Below, one piece after another: positions 26,458 to 40,200 of a DNA stretch of 64,000 bases. Made by a program: the position numbers and the translations under genes. Under the pieces are notes generated by a model. That model was not told where the DNA came from, made no database searches, and worked only from the letters and a program-made list of their open reading frames with translations. Where the stretch lies: the NCBI GenBank assembly GCA_004022145.1, contig RCNU01000003.1. The stretch is one strand, 5' to 3'. Position 1 is the first letter of the stretch; every line of letters starts with the position of its first letter. The DNA comes from Paecilomyces variotii (taxonomy: Eukaryota).

Positions 26458-26997
26458 AGATACTGCAGAGGAGAATAAATAAAAGGTTGTTAGATGTCAA
26501 TTGCCTTGATCCTTGTTACGTTACTCCAGATGATTATGATTATTGTTATTATTCTCTTGTCATCCTCATCACGGCGTGACTCCTTGAACAGATCCATAAA
26601 CAGTCTAGCGTGGTAATAATAATTACTACTTAGTGAATCGGCAGAAGAACAAGTAACTAACTCAACGAACCATTCCCAAGTCACTCTGCACTGTGCAGCA
26701 ACGATGCGGTGAGAAGGTGATTATTATTATTATTACTTCCGCCTTCTGCTAGCTATCACTACCTCGGCTGGTTCGTCCAACAGAGCCGATCATCCACACC
26801 GCGTGATCGCTAGCTCTGCACCGGCTTCTTGGGACGACGAACAGACGAACAGATCGAGCTAAGGGAGGGAAAATTATTTGATTCTGTAGTAGAGCACACA
26901 TAACTACATAGAAGACCAAGACAGGCTGTGCTGCTGCGGCCACATCCGCTGCTGCGTTTCTTACAATACTGCATACAGGTCCAGAGGGCTAGCTGCG

Positions 26998-27969
26998 ATG
27001 GGATCCTCACTCGACCACCGCCGGCATCGTCTTACGCCATCCTTTGCGGATTCTGCTATCGACCTTGATCCATCCGAGAACCGCCATCAACTATCCGGTC
27101 AAGACAGCCGGGAAAAGACACTTGGCGACCGTCTCAACAGACTAGCTCTGTTGGCAGCAAAGCGCAACGACATCTCCGAACATGATTCCGGCACCATCGG
27201 AAACTGCCTCGACACTCTCGAATCCCTCCTCGATCCACGCCATGAGCTGACGCGGGAGATTGCTCGGCATCGACCGCGAAGCTCACACTCCAGTCCGTCC
27301 ACTCCAGCGGTTGGCTCACGAGCGAGCAACAACTCAGCTGCACGCCCTGGTGTGGACCCCGCTGTCGACAGCAGCCACCGCCAGCTTGAAGCCTTGCTGA
27401 AGGAGTTGACGGCCGTCAATGCCCAGCTACAGCAGCGTCGAGCGGAGTCCCGCCATCTGCACGGTCTCTTCATCCAGAAATGCGAGGGTCTAGCCCAAAG
27501 AATACTCCACCTCGAGGATGAGATCCAGAATCTGTAAGCAGACACCTTCCTTCCCTTCTCCATCCCGCCGCTAACACCCCAAAGACATTCAGACATCCTC
27601 GAAGATACGATCGAGCTAGAAGGCCTCAGAGGCACAGTTCGTGGACTGGAGAGTTGGGTCGGGCGATGGCAAAGAGAACGTGCAGCGAAGGAAGCTCAGG
27701 ATGCCGGCAATAAGAGCTCCAAGAAGAGTCCGTGGAAGCGAAAAAAGCATGCCCATAATATTGGCGACAACGAAAACGATACCGACACGCTCATCGACGG
27801 AATCACTGCGTGGATGCGAGGTTGGAAAGACATCGAGGAAGGATTTCATGTCCGGGCCCGGAGACGTCAGGCGAGGAGAGACCAACGCCGGCAAAGACAA
27901 AACGACTCATCCACAACAGATGATAGTTCCACCACTAGTCAACCGGGCCGCGAGAGCCAGGCAGATTGA
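26998..27969 (+). CDS. Hypothetical coiled-coil protein
   Basis: Exon 1 26998-27533; intron 27534-27584 (gtaagc..ctaac..aag); exon 2 reads HSDILEDTIELEGLRGTVRGLESWV...DGITAWMRGWKDIEEGF to TGA at 27969. Confidence 0.7.
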
Positions 27970-28576
27970 TCCCATAGACAAAATGAAGCAGAGCCTGACC
28001 ATCAATCAACTAGCGGCCCTCCCTAAGAAGAGGTTCGAATCAAACGAAATCTGACGCCTTGGATTTTTGAAAACCGGTGACCAGCCGCGGAAAGGCGGAA
28101 AAAATAAAACCAGAAGGCAAGTGTTTCACGTCACGCCTACTCAGAAATGGCCAAAGAAAAAAGAGTATACCCCATTCACCATACCATCCTGCTCCCCGTT
28201 CCCTTGCACCCAGCGCGTATCCTGGGGCGCCGCCCAGGTGTTACTCCAAGTGCAAGCGCAAAAGAAAACCGGTAAAGTGGTATCATCCCAAAAAGAAAAG
28301 TCGACCTGACCGAAACCCACTGAGTATGCGATAAAAAGCAGGATGGCGTATAGTCCCCGGTGAGGACTCTGCTGAGACCCGTGAGGGCCTGAAAATCTTG
28401 CAAGTCCGCGGCTTTGACACTAGAAATCCCCCCAGACGCCGGCGCGTCTCCTGCTCCTCTAATGCCACCGAAGCACAAACAGTGCAACAAAGCTAAGTTC
28501 TCTGTACACGTGGCTCTCTGTGGGCCGCCAAATCCAAGTACGGCATATCGATATCGTATCGTGTCTAGGGAGAAAC

Positions 28577-30831
28577 TCAGCGCTGGAAGTTGACGATCGC
28601 CATCTATATATCCACGTTAGCCATAATATCTAGCCGTTCGCGCATGAAGAAGTAAACGCACCTGCTTTCCAAAACCAAAGGCGAGTTTCTTGCCGTCTGT
28701 GTCCCAGGACAGAGATCTGTCGGGCATTGCATCTGAAGATCCATTCTGTCCGTTGACAGGCTCGTCAGGATTTTCCATCTTCGTGTCCTCAGAACCTGGG
28801 ACGGTCCAGGTCGCCATTGGGACACCACCCCGCTCGGCGTTCCAAATGAAGAGTTTGTGTTTGCTGGCAGCAGCAATCGCGTAGCCGTCTGGGGAGAACG
28901 TGGAGATCAGAGCGGGAATAGATGGACCCAGGTATAGCCGGTGAAGGCAACTGATCTCCTTGGATTCGATATCGACATTCCAGAGTTTGACAGTATCGTC
29001 CGTGGAAGACGAGGCAAGCATGATGGGGGAGTTTTGCTGGATCTCCAGGGACGACGGGCGAGGTCGCAGCTCTATGGCGGTAATATCTCCGTCGTGTGCA
29101 GCATCAAGTCGAATATCATACGCGGGAACCCAGATACTGGCTGAGGCGGACGAGGCCGTTACTACAACGGGTGACGCTGCGGTCTTGGCGCATCGAATAA
29201 ACGTCCAAGCCGTGTCGGTTCCGCCAGAGGAAAACGTCTTGGCGAGTTGGACGCTCGAGTTGACATCGCATTGAAAAGCTGAGCCATCTCCGCAAGCGTA
29301 GACCTGGTTATCGCCCGACCAGACCAGATCGTAGATGGAGCCGTCGATGACCTGTGGGGGTGGAAACTCCTCCGCTCGAACCGAAGCGTCCCATAAGGCC
29401 AATTCCGAAACGCGGCTGTCGGATGCCACGACGACCATGTGCGCTCCATTGTCTGCCCAGTGCAGACCGGTGATCATTCGGGGCACGTCGGGGAGCATGT
29501 CCACTATCTCTCCGTCGGCGTTATACATGGTAATGGAGCCGCGCAGGTCATTGTAGGTGGCCACGGCCAGCTTCTGGCCGGTCGGATCCCACGCGATGGC
29601 GGAAACACACCTGCTATCGCCCGTACTCTCCACGAGCTTCTCCTGGGTCGAGGCGCGCTGGCCCGACAGCTTCCACAGGCTGCAGAAGGCCTCGCCGGCA
29701 GTCGCAACGACCGTGGAGTCACGGGGGCGCCACAGACAGCGGGTCACGTGCGGGTCACCAGCCACATCCAGCACGGCGGTGTCGGGGCTGAGGTCGGCGG
29801 CCTTGGCGGGGCTGATCTGGACGCCAACGCTCTGGCCGGTCGTCAGGGTGAAAGTCGGCGCCGGGGCTGGTTCCTGATCCTGGGCCTCTGACGGCGCACC
29901 CACCGGCCCTACGCCCATGCCCATGCCCATGCCCACGTCTCCGTCGGCATCGACGACAAGCTCTGCCGGCGACTGAGACCTGGCTGCCCGTTCGTGGGCG
30001 ACTCCGTTCGAGTCGATGTCCATGGCGCTCTCGTCGCCATTGACCGTAGCTGTGCGAGTCTTCTTTCCGCCAGTAACCGGGCCTGCTGCTGCCTCGGCCG
30101 TCGCATGGCCGTTGGTCACGCCGGCCTTACTTGCAGGCGAAGCAGGCGCTTGGTCTGTGCCGAGACCATCACCCGCCTCGCCGCGGTCAACGCCAGGCTT
30201 CAGTTTCTCCGCGTCGAGCGGGATTGGGCCGAAAAAGTACTTGGAGGGGGTTAAAGGGACCGGGTTCCCATCCTGTAGAGCTCTGTTAGGATCCTGCTCT
30301 CCACACGAAACAGCAGCAACAGCAGCGCAGTTGCCTTCGGGACGTGCCTGGTCGAGCGACTGTTCGATTTCATGGTACTGCAGGCCCTTCTGGACCAGCG
30401 TCACCAGTGCATGCGTCTTAATATACGGCGCAAAGGGCAACGCCTGCGGATCGGGATTCCAGGCACGCTGGAGCATCACCGCCGCTTCGCCATGACCTAG
30501 TAGGACTCCAGTTAGAGGGGCTACAAATTCGCAGTCAAGCATCTCTCCGCAAGTGCGCACTCCTGGACACGACGCTTTCGGGGAGAGAGTAGGGAAAAAA
30601 AAAAGAATTCAAGACGAACCTGATTCCTGTAGATATCTGTTTTGTTCCGGACAGATTGAACCAAGTCAGTGATTATCCCACTTGTGCCGGTCTTGCGACC
30701 AGTTTCATGGCGCAACACAATCCAGGAAACAACTTTTCCTTTTTCGAATCGCGGAGACGCAAGAGACCGGGGAAGACTCACCTCCATATCAGATAGTTGA
30801 CATGGTGCGATGTAATGTCAGGGGAGGCCAT
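28577..30831 (-). CDS. sif2: LisH-WD40 protein, Sif2/TBL1-like (Set3C/NCoR-type subunit)
   Basis: LisH ITSHHVNYLIWR/YLQES/GHGEAA, LVTLVQKGLQY, C-terminal WD40 repeats. 17-nt exon at 30620-30636; four introns including a GC-AG intron. Confidence 0.85.
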
Positions 30832-33236
30832 GGTTACATGTGTGACGGCAGGTTAAGACGGAGAGGTCGCCAACATGCCCCAGGCTAAAAGAGCTGACAG
30901 ACCGGCTGGAGCTGGTTCAAGATCTGATCACCGATCTGTAGAGGGCGGAGAAGTGCGCACACACAGAGATTCGCGAAGGCAAAGAGGACAGACAGGAGGA
31001 AGAGAAAGTGAGAGAGAAAGGAAGACCAGTCGTCGATCCACAGAGAGAAGCGCCGTGAGTGAAAAGTGGTTCTGTTCCTTCGCAGGAGCTTTTTTAGATG
31101 GCGCGCGGGACCAGGGAATGCGGGACGACCAGGGGAGGCTGCGGGAAAGATGCAACGGGCAGTGAGAGAACCTCGAGCTGGGAGACGAGGAGACCGGGAA
31201 AGCCGCGGCAGCTCCTATTGGCGGCTGACGAAGAGGTGGGAGAAGCTGGAGAGCGAAGATACAAAACTGCTCGAAGGGAAGAGATGGACAACGGGACGGA
31301 ACGAAATCGACGCCAGGGTGTAGCTTGAGATGCCAGACCCGCTAGCAGCGAGCGCAGAGTTCCCGGCAGGCTAGCACTCTAACAGTAGTTAGTCGCTAAC
31401 AATAACTTAACAATTCTCCAGACCTGGCGGGTCCTGTGGCGTGTAGCGTATACCTAAGGAGCGTTTGCCCGTCGGTTGTTTGCAAATGATCGTCCAGGGC
31501 GCTTGTCTGCCTAGTTAAGCCTCCCACGCATCCAGAACCTTGAACCCTGGAGCTGTCTGTTCTCTTCTCTCGCCTTGGCCTGTTCGAGCATCCAGTCCGC
31601 AGGGAGATGAGATGGATGAAGTACTCTGATTCCTGTTTCGATAGATGCCAGTTGGAACACGGCACACTGTGAGCACAAACAAAAAAAAGGCTTCCTCTGC
31701 ATCACGAAGAGAACGCGGTGGCGGATCTCCTGGGCTAAAAGTTCGGAGAGTTGGCCGCAACGGTTGTCACTGTGACCATACCATACCGCACCTTACCTAC
31801 CATGTGACCATGCGACCTCCATCTCCGCCGTCAATCCTGATGCCCGCCCGTACACGGTGCGTACTGCAATACTGCAATAACCATACAGGATTATTATACC
31901 CAGCAGATCGTCCCATGGGTCGATCGACGCTTCATACAGTGATGCCTGAGGCCGTCTTAGATGATCTATCTCTGCGTTTCCTGCGCACAATCCCAGTAGC
32001 TGAGGGATCATCACTATCGTCGCAGATATATATATATATATATAATCTCCAGGAGTACGGCTACAGAGATACATCTCATCATGGTCACTTTCTATGCGGG
32101 TGTGACGGTTCCTACCGGCGGTTGAACTCCCGGTCAAAGCACGCTGTTGGGGTGATCGTAGATATGCACTGTGCCTACGCTAACTAACTCGGCCACGCTG
32201 TTTCAGAGACGCATCGGCGAATCTTTGGGTCTCTAAACCACTAACTACGACTGTTCCCTTGGGTCTGCGGAGAATTTAAGCTCGATGGGATAAATTCATC
32301 GACTCAAAAGGACTGGGGTAAATCGTCTGGTTCTAGACAGTCAGTCTACCGGTCGAGAGATCGTTCAACTCTGTCATTAAAGACTTGACTCAGTGCGAGA
32401 TTCGGGACTTTGGCTTCTGTGGATCATGATCCGCTGGATAGGGTTATGAAGTTTCTGGCCCCCGGCTGCTTCCCGTGGTACAAATACATGGCTCGTGTAA
32501 TAATGCCATGATGCATACGTATGATGTCTTGGAAGGTATCCCAATCCATTCACTGAGAGGAGCGAACTGTAGAAATTGGCGGTGTTATTTCCATTCACGA
32601 TATCTCGACTGTTTTATATTCGAAGCAGTGAGTCTGAACCCACTGCTCGTGTGCTTCTCCTTTTTCTAGTGTCAAACCCAATTGGGCGATGGAGAGGGTG
32701 TCGAACCGTGTAGTACAGACATAGAATTGCATCAAAATCTAAGAATTTGAATAGATCATTTGTATTGAATTCGACAAAGATATCTGATAGCTGTATCTAT
32801 AGTTTACTGCTGCTAGTTATAGGGCAGATAGATAGATGTGTATTTTCCCGAGTTGCTGGCATAAAAACGTCCGATCTACTTACCATCCGAAGGTGCTTAG
32901 GCAACACTAACTGACGATCATCTGTTCATCCAATTACGCAAGGCGAATCTGAATAATGATTTTCTCAGTAACTAGCATTTCATTCTCTTAAGTTAGTTAG
33001 TTATCTTACCGGAATGGGCTTACTTATCTAGCAGTCAAACAGATCTGAAGCGGGAGAAGCACAAGACCTCAAGCTTCGCCGCATCCCCCAAGAGGTTTGG
33101 CTTCCGTTTGGGGCGGAGAGAAACATCACCACCATCCGATCCACCACCTTTTCCCGCACAAGCTGAGCCTCCTCTCTGTGACAACTCGCGGCAGAACGCT
33201 TCCCAGCCGCGAGGGTAGCAATACACCTCTGCAAAG

Positions 33237-34400
33237 ATGGCCTTTCGAGTCAACCTCCCGCCTGCCACGCGCACCCTGCTAATCAGTGTCCTCGCCCTTT
33301 CCTTCCTGTACAACATCGCAAGATGGCGCCAGCTCGGCCTCACCCCGACGCCTAGTGTCCCATACCTGACACTTATACCGGCACGGTTCATCTTCTATCC
33401 TTGGACTCTCCTCACGGCTACTTTCGTCGAGCAGAACATCTTTACCGTCATTCTCAATGCAGCAACTCTCTTCTATGGTGGGAAATACCTCGAGCGGGCC
33501 TGGGGTTCGCGCGAGTTTGGCAAGTTCATCGTCATCGTTGCGCTGGTTTCGAACGCGGTGACGGTGCTGCTGTATCTTATATGGGATTCTTTCGACGGGG
33601 ATCATCTCAGAGGGTACGACTTTTTCTCCCATGACGAATGTACCACAGACTGTTCTCCGGCTGATACTCTGGGCTTAAGTCGGACCCCCATCTGCGGCGG
33701 TGTAGCGCTTCAAGGAGCCTTCCTGGTTGCTTTCAAGCAGCTCGTCCCCGAACATACGGTTACGATCCTCCGAGGCGTCATCAAGGTGCGCGTCAAGCAC
33801 TTCCCGTCCCTTTTCCTCCTCCTCAACACTATCAGCGGAGTCGCTTTTGGAACGGATACCGCAGCCGTCCTGGCCTGGGTCGGACTGTTGACTAGCTGGA
33901 CATACCTACGATTCTACAAGCGCCAGCCAGATCTCTCTGGGACCTCGACCAGTGGTCTTGGTATCAAGGGTGATGCCAGTGAGACTTTTGCGTTTGCAGG
34001 ATTCTTTCCGGACGCAGTCCAGCCAGCGATTTCTCTGGTCGCGGACAAGATCTTCGACATTCTCGTGTCGGTGAAGGTCTGCACCCCGTTTTCGGATGAG
34101 GCTATTGCTTCTAGCAATGAACAGGTGCTCGCACGAGGCGAGGCTGGTCTTCCCAGTCTGCTGAACAATGGCAGAGGTGGAACGAGAGGCATGGGCAAGC
34201 GAGAGGAGGCGGAGCGAAGACGAGCTTTGGCTCTCAAGGCTCTTGACCAGAGACTGCAGGCAGCCACTGCGGCACGCGCTCAGTCACAATCTGGCGTTTC
34301 CAGTCCTCCGACGCATACATCATCTCCAGTCGCAACGGCTACAGTGTCTTCTGGACAGGGCATGTTAGGGGAGACTAACTACGCCCCTGACCATTCCTGA
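33237..34400 (+). CDS. TMEM115/DUF1751 rhomboid-like Golgi membrane protein
   Basis: YPWTLLTATFVE, GKYLERAWGSREF, FLVAFKQLVPEH, SWTYLRF, KGDASETFAF..FFP, AERRRALALKALDQRL. Probable in-frame intron 33614-33679. Confidence 0.88.
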   Translation: MAFRVNLPPATRTLLISVLALSFLYNIARWRQLGLTPTPSVPYLTLIPARFIFYPWTLLTATFVEQNIFTVILNAATLFYGGKYLERAWGSREFGKFIVIVALVSNAVTVLLYLIWDSFDGDHLRGYDFFSHDECTTDCSPADTLGLSRTPICGGVALQGAFLVAFKQLVPEHTVTILRGVIKVRVKHFPSLFLLLNTISGVAFGTDTAAVLAWVGLLTSWTYLRFYKRQPDLSGTSTSGLGIKGDASETFAFAGFFPDAVQPAISLVADKIFDILVSVKVCTPFSDEAIASSNEQVLARGEAGLPSLLNNGRGGTRGMGKREEAERRRALALKALDQRLQAATAARAQSQSGVSSPPTHTSSPVATATVSSGQGMLGETNYAPDHS

Positions 34401-35459
34401 TCTGGAGTTTTGGAGACTTGAAACTGGTTCCAAGGCGAGCCTCGTTTTTTTTCGGTAAACAAAAATGGGACGGTTCGATGGACGAAGCATAGCACATTTG
34501 GCATGTTGCAAGAGGGCCACGTTCACATTTTGATCGGCTGGTTAGCTGGTCTTCTGCTCGAGTCCTTGCTTCTGGCACACTACTGGCCGAGTGCCCTCGA
34601 TTCCTTGACTTTCGGCAGTGGCAGCTGGCAGTGGCAGCTAGCATATCATTTTGAATCACTTCGTTCTCAGTGTCTTATGTACGACCTCTTTTCCCATTCC
34701 ACCCATCCTGGCCATGCAAGGATATTCTCAACAGGCCAGGTCCCGGTTCGGATTCCCCCTCCATATCTATTCTGCTGATTTTCTTATCTCTTGGGGGTGC
34801 AACCTCTCTCCAGACATTTCTGCTGTCTCATAAAATTTTCCATATCCTTGGTACGAGTGTGCATAACGTGAAGTATATATCGCTTTGTAATAGGTTATAC
34901 CCCCAGACTATCGTTCTATGGCGCTTCTTTTTTTTACCTAACTGCTGCCGCGTATCTGGGCACCAAATTTCGGGAAACCCTTGGATGGGAGCTTCTTTGT
35001 CTTGTTTCTAAACTTCTAGTGGGAGTCTCTAGTGAAACACATATCAGTGAAAAAGAAACAATTGAAAAGACGATTTCACCCATGACACCCTATGTAAGAT
35101 ACAATGTTCCCCCAATAAACATAAAAAAAGAGGACGGTAAAGTCCCTCCATAAATCAAACAGCGACGGGGGAGCAGCGCTATAATATGCTACAATACATT
35201 TGGTAGGAGGGCTTGTGTTCCTCCCCCAAGCGAGAATTCTTCCTTTCAACAACCCCCCAACAAACGTCCCGCATAAATGATGCATAATGGTATTCGTTCA
35301 TTCGGGAATCGGATCGAGATGGAGAGATGGAGGCGCCGAATCCATAAGACGATATCGATATAGATAAAGAGGCGAGGATGGCGAAAAAGGGGAAAGATTG
35401 AGGGGACTCGAAACAGCGGGAAATTCGAATCCGAATAATCCAACATGATCAAAAAAAAA

Positions 35460-36346
35460 TCACATCTGTCTCAACCTCTCCACCTCTCCTCTGGCCTCCT
35501 GGAGCATACGCTCCTGATCCTTCTTCGCTTGTCGAATACCAATAACACGCGCCCGGTCCTCTTCCGACTTGATTCGCATCTGCTCGAGTTTCTTCAATTC
35601 TTCCTCTTCCTCCGGCGTGGCCTTCACTTCCTGCGCGCCCGTCGCTTCCTGCACCTTCTGCCAGATCTGCTTGTAGTCGAGATCCTTGGTGTCGATGATG
35701 GCTGTCTTCTCATTCGGCTGCGGCGCGGGAGCGTATTGGTCTTTGATGTGGGCGGAGTGTTTCAGCGCTGCGGCGCTCGCTCGCTCTGCGAAGTAGATCG
35801 TCAGGGCTGCGGGTCCGTTCTGCTCGTCGGTCTGCTTGACGCTCATGGGAATGCCGGGGTTATAGAACTTGAGGCGCTGGAGGCAGTTGCGCCAGAAATG
35901 GCGCGCGCCCAGGTGGCCGCCGTACAGCTTGCGGGCATAGGTCAGGTGGAGGCGGGTGACGGCTGGGAAGTCTTTTGATGCGTTGTTGGTGGAGGGGAGG
36001 ATGGCGGCACCGGGGCCGACGCGGACATGAAGGATCTATAAGGAATGAGACGTTAGGTACGACGAAGAAGATAAGGAGAGGACTATTATTATGTATCGAA
36101 AAGCTGCAATGGAGCTCCAGCACGGGGGATCGGATATCGATCGAGCAAGCATGCAAAACGCTTCCGTTCCGCAATTGAAGCCAGGGTTCGATTGTCCACC
36201 ACAACGAATATAGGGGATTGAATAGCTATTTACCTTCTGTAAACCTTGTCAGTAAGTACAACAATTTAAAAATTCCTAGCTACAAGGAAAGGAGAGGGGA
36301 AACATACACTCCTCAACTTCCGCATCCGCTTGAAAAGGTTCACCAT
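35460..36346 (-). CDS. mrp49: Mitochondrial large-subunit ribosomal protein Mrp49 (mL61-like)
   Basis: MVNLFKRMRKLRS/K/ILHVRVGPGAAILP, GHLGARHFWRNCLQRLKFYNP. Exons 36346-36308, 36236-36234, 36035-35460. Confidence 0.85.
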
Positions 36347-37060
36347 GATGGGCGGATGCAAAAGCAGGTCTCAGCACCAACCTGCGAACACGGAAACAAC
36401 TGATGAAGGGAGAATTATAAAACAGCGAAAAAAGAAAAGACGTAGACGATGAAGAAGGATAATTGTCCCTTGATCGTTCAGCGGACCCGAATGGCTCGGT
36501 TGCTGCGTCCCGAGCTTGGGACTTTGATTTTTGGGATACATCGGAGAAATGAGTAGGCCGCGGAGTATCACGTGACCGTGTATATTTCTAGCTGCTGAGG
36601 TACAATTCAAGATTTCATTGAAAAGCACAACAATTAATACTTAAAAAGAGTGTACCTGTCCTCTTTGAAATTAATCAAGGCGCTATACTTTCATTCCCTT
36701 CGAGATGCCTGGTTCTTTCGAGATCCCGGACAAATCCTAGGGCTCACGAGATCCATTTCTTCTTTCTGGAAAGAAAATCATAAACTAAGCACTGAGAAAT
36801 TTGATTCTGTATTATTGAGCCAGGGAAAAATAGAGAGGAATAAATGAGACAAGACGTATCATTATTATTAGATCAAAGTTGGTCCAGGCTGAACAGCGCA
36901 CAAGCGATGATGCTCTACGTATTGAATGTTACAATACCGGGGAAATTGGCGACGGCTATTGGAAGTACCACATCACCTATTTGCGGCCTGTCGGTACTTT
37001 GACATTCCGTTTTGTTCGCCGACAAATACGCTAGTGTCACCGCCTTTACGCATACCGTTT

Positions 37061-37067
37061 TGACTCA
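37061..37067 (+). promoter_or_regulatory. CpcA/Gcn4 response element TGACTCA upstream of LeuRS
   Basis: Perfect TGACTCA about 140 bp upstream of the LeuRS ATG. Aminoacyl-tRNA synthetase genes are established cross-pathway-control targets. Confidence 0.6.
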
Positions 37068-37202
37068 CCATCCAATGTCTTTTTGGGTTATGAGTCGAAT
37101 TCGTCTTGAACGCAACCCCACCGTATACCTCATTACTGCCACCATACCCTTCACGGCTCGAATTTCTATCCTGCAGAACAGCAGAGATACTGATTGAGAG
37201 CC

Positions 37203-40200
37203 ATGGCTGCCGCCGCCGCAGCTGCGCTCGATCCGAGCAGCAGTACCAGTAAAACCCTCAAGCTCGAAAATGTTGCTCCCGATGCCCCTCCCCCTCCGTT
37301 CCGACCCCGCCGTTTCATAGAACTGACAGATGTATGCGACAGACCGAAAAGCGAGATACTCTGATCGCCATCGAGAAGAAGTACCAGCAAGAATGGAAGA
37401 AGAACCGAGTTTTCGAGGTCGACGCGCCCTCCCTCTCCGAAGTTCCTGCGGGGAGCATGTCCGCCGCGGAGTTGAGGGAGAAGTATCCTAAATTTTTTGG
37501 TACTATGGCCTATCCCTACATGAACGGTACCCTGCACGCCGGCCACAGTTTCACTGCGAGTAAGGTCGAGTTCATGACCGGTGTCGCCCGCATGGAGGGC
37601 AAGAGAGCCCTTTTCCCTCTCGGTTTCCACTGTACCGGTATGCCCATCAAGGCTTGTGCGGACAAGCTGGTGGATGAGGTCAAGAAGTTTGGAAAGAATT
37701 TCGAGGGATACAAGGACGACGAGGAGGCCCCGGCGCAGCCTGCTGCTCCTACCCAAGAGGTTGAGGTTGACCGGACGAAGTTCTCCGGCAGCAAGAGCAA
37801 GGCCGCCGCGAAGACGGTGAAGATGAAGTACCAGTTCCAGATCATGCTGGCTGTTGGTGTTCCTCTGGAAGAGATCCACAAGTTTGCCGACGCTTCATAC
37901 TGGCTCGAGCACTTCCCCCCGCTCGCTATTCGTGACCTGGACAGCCTCGGTGCCAGGATTGACTGGCGAAGACAGTTCGTGACTACTGACGCGAACCCTT
38001 ACTATGACGCCTTCGTGCGCTGGCAGATGAACCGTCTGCATGAGTTGGGTAAGATCATGTACGGAAACCGTTACACGATCTACTCTCCCAAGGATGGCCA
38101 GTAAGTGCACCCCTCAATGCCGGATAATGACGGACCTGTGTTTCTTGCGGAGCTTATTAACACACAATCTTAACAAGGCCTACCATGGACCACGACCGAC
38201 AAGAGGGTGAGGGTGTTGGTGTCCAGGAATACACCGCCGTGAAACTAAAGGTTAAGGAGTGGTCGCCCGCGGCTGCGGAGTTGGTGAAGGGTAAAATCGA
38301 AGATGACGCTAATGTATATTTCGTCCCGGCTACTCTGAGACCAGAGACTATGTATGGTCAAACTTGCTGCTTCGTGGGCCCCAAGATCAACTATGGCATC
38401 TTCAAGGTCAAGGAGAAGGAGTACTATGTCGCCACCAAGAGAGCAGCCTGGAACATGGCCTTCCAGGGCATCTTCTTCGACAGCGAGCACTTCCCCAAGA
38501 CTCAAGACCAGTTGCCCACTGTTGTCGAGGCCGCTGGTTCCGCTTTCGTTGGAACTCTTGTTAATGCCCCTCTCTCCGTGCACACGCAGGGCATTCGTAT
38601 CCTGCCTATGGAGACCGTGTCTGCTAGCAAGGGTACTGGTGTCGTTACTTCTGTTCCATCCGACAGTCCTGATGATTTTGCTACGGTGACGGATCTTGCG
38701 AAGAAGGCCGACTACTACGGTATCAAGAAAGAATGGGCTGAGCTCGAGATCATCCCCGTCATTGAGACTCCAACCTACGGCAACCTGACGGCCCCGACCC
38801 TGGTTAAGCAGCTAAAGATCAATTCTCCCAAGGACGCCAACCAACTGGCTCAGGCTAAGGATCTGGCCTATACTGAAGGTTTCTACAAGGGTGTCATGCT
38901 TGTGGGTGAATTCAAGGGCCAGCCAGTACAGGCTGTCAAGGACAAGGTCCGCAAGTCTCTTATCGACAGCGGTGACGCTTTCCCATTTGCCGACCCCATG
39001 GGTAAGGTTATCTCTAGAAGTGGAGATGAGTGTGTCGTTGCCTACTTGGGTCAGTGGTTCTTGAACTACGGAGAGAATGATCAAAAATGGCAGCAGGACA
39101 CCTTGAACCATGTCGTTAACACCCTCAACACCTACACTCCCGAAACTAAGAATGGCTTCGAGAAGAACCTTAGCTGGCTCAATCGCTGGGCCTGCGCGAG
39201 AACATACGGTCTCGGTTCCAAGCTTCCTTGGGATCCTCAGTTCCTTGTTGAGAGTCTGAGTGACAGTACTGTTTACATGGCTTACTACACTATCGCTCAC
39301 CTTCTGCACAATGACAGATATGGCAAGGAGCCAGGTTCCCTGAACATCAAGCCGGAGCAAATGATTGACGAGATCTGGGACTACGTTTTCACTCGCCGCG
39401 AACTCAGCGACGAGCTTGTCCAGAAGAGTGGTATCAACAAGGAGGCCCTGCAGGCCATGCGGAGAGAATTCGAGTACTGGTACCCGCTGGACGTCAGAGT
39501 CTCTGGCAAGGATCTGATCCAGAATCACTTGACATTCTTCCTGTACATCCACGTTGCCTTGTTCCCACCGGAGTTCTGGCCCCGTGGTGTCCGGGCTAAC
39601 GGCCACTTGCTCCTCAACGGTGAGAAGATGAGTAAGAGTACCGGTAACTTCTTGACCCTGCGGGATGCAGTCGACAAATATGGTGCCGATGCCACCCGTA
39701 TTGCATTCGCGGATGCGGGTGACGGTATCGAGGACGCCAACTTCGAAGAGACTGTTGCCAACAGTAACATCCTGAGATTGTTCACACTTAAGGAGTGGAT
39801 TGAGGAGACACTGAAGAACAGCAGCCTCCGAACAGGACCTGCTGACGCCTTCTGGGATAAGCTGTTCGATAATGAACTGAACAGCCTCGTTCGGGAAACA
39901 AGGAAACATTACCAAGAGTAAGATCCACATACATCCGTCTTGAATTCCATGGCACTAACATCGTCCAGTACCAACTTCAAACTGGCTCTCAAGTCCGGTC
40001 TGTACGACTTCGTCAGTGCTCGTGATTCGTACCGTGAAGCAACCACATCTGCTGGGGTGGGCATGCACCGGGATCTTGTCCTGCGATATGTCGAGCTCCA
40101 GGCTCTTCTGCTTGCCCCAATTGCTCCTCACTGGGCCGAATACATCTGGCTTGAAATCCTCAACAAGGTTTGTTGTCCCCGAATATGCAATGCGCTTTAA

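Noticed and set aside
31645-32187. 180-aa ORF upstream of sif2
   Set aside because: It runs through an (AT)n microsatellite, shows no codon bias or motif, and is likely intergenic.
38812-39930. Long antisense ORFs (372 aa here; also 5375-6163, 15462-16349, 20727-21587)
   Set aside because: They are shadows of codon-biased sense genes with no recognisable motifs.
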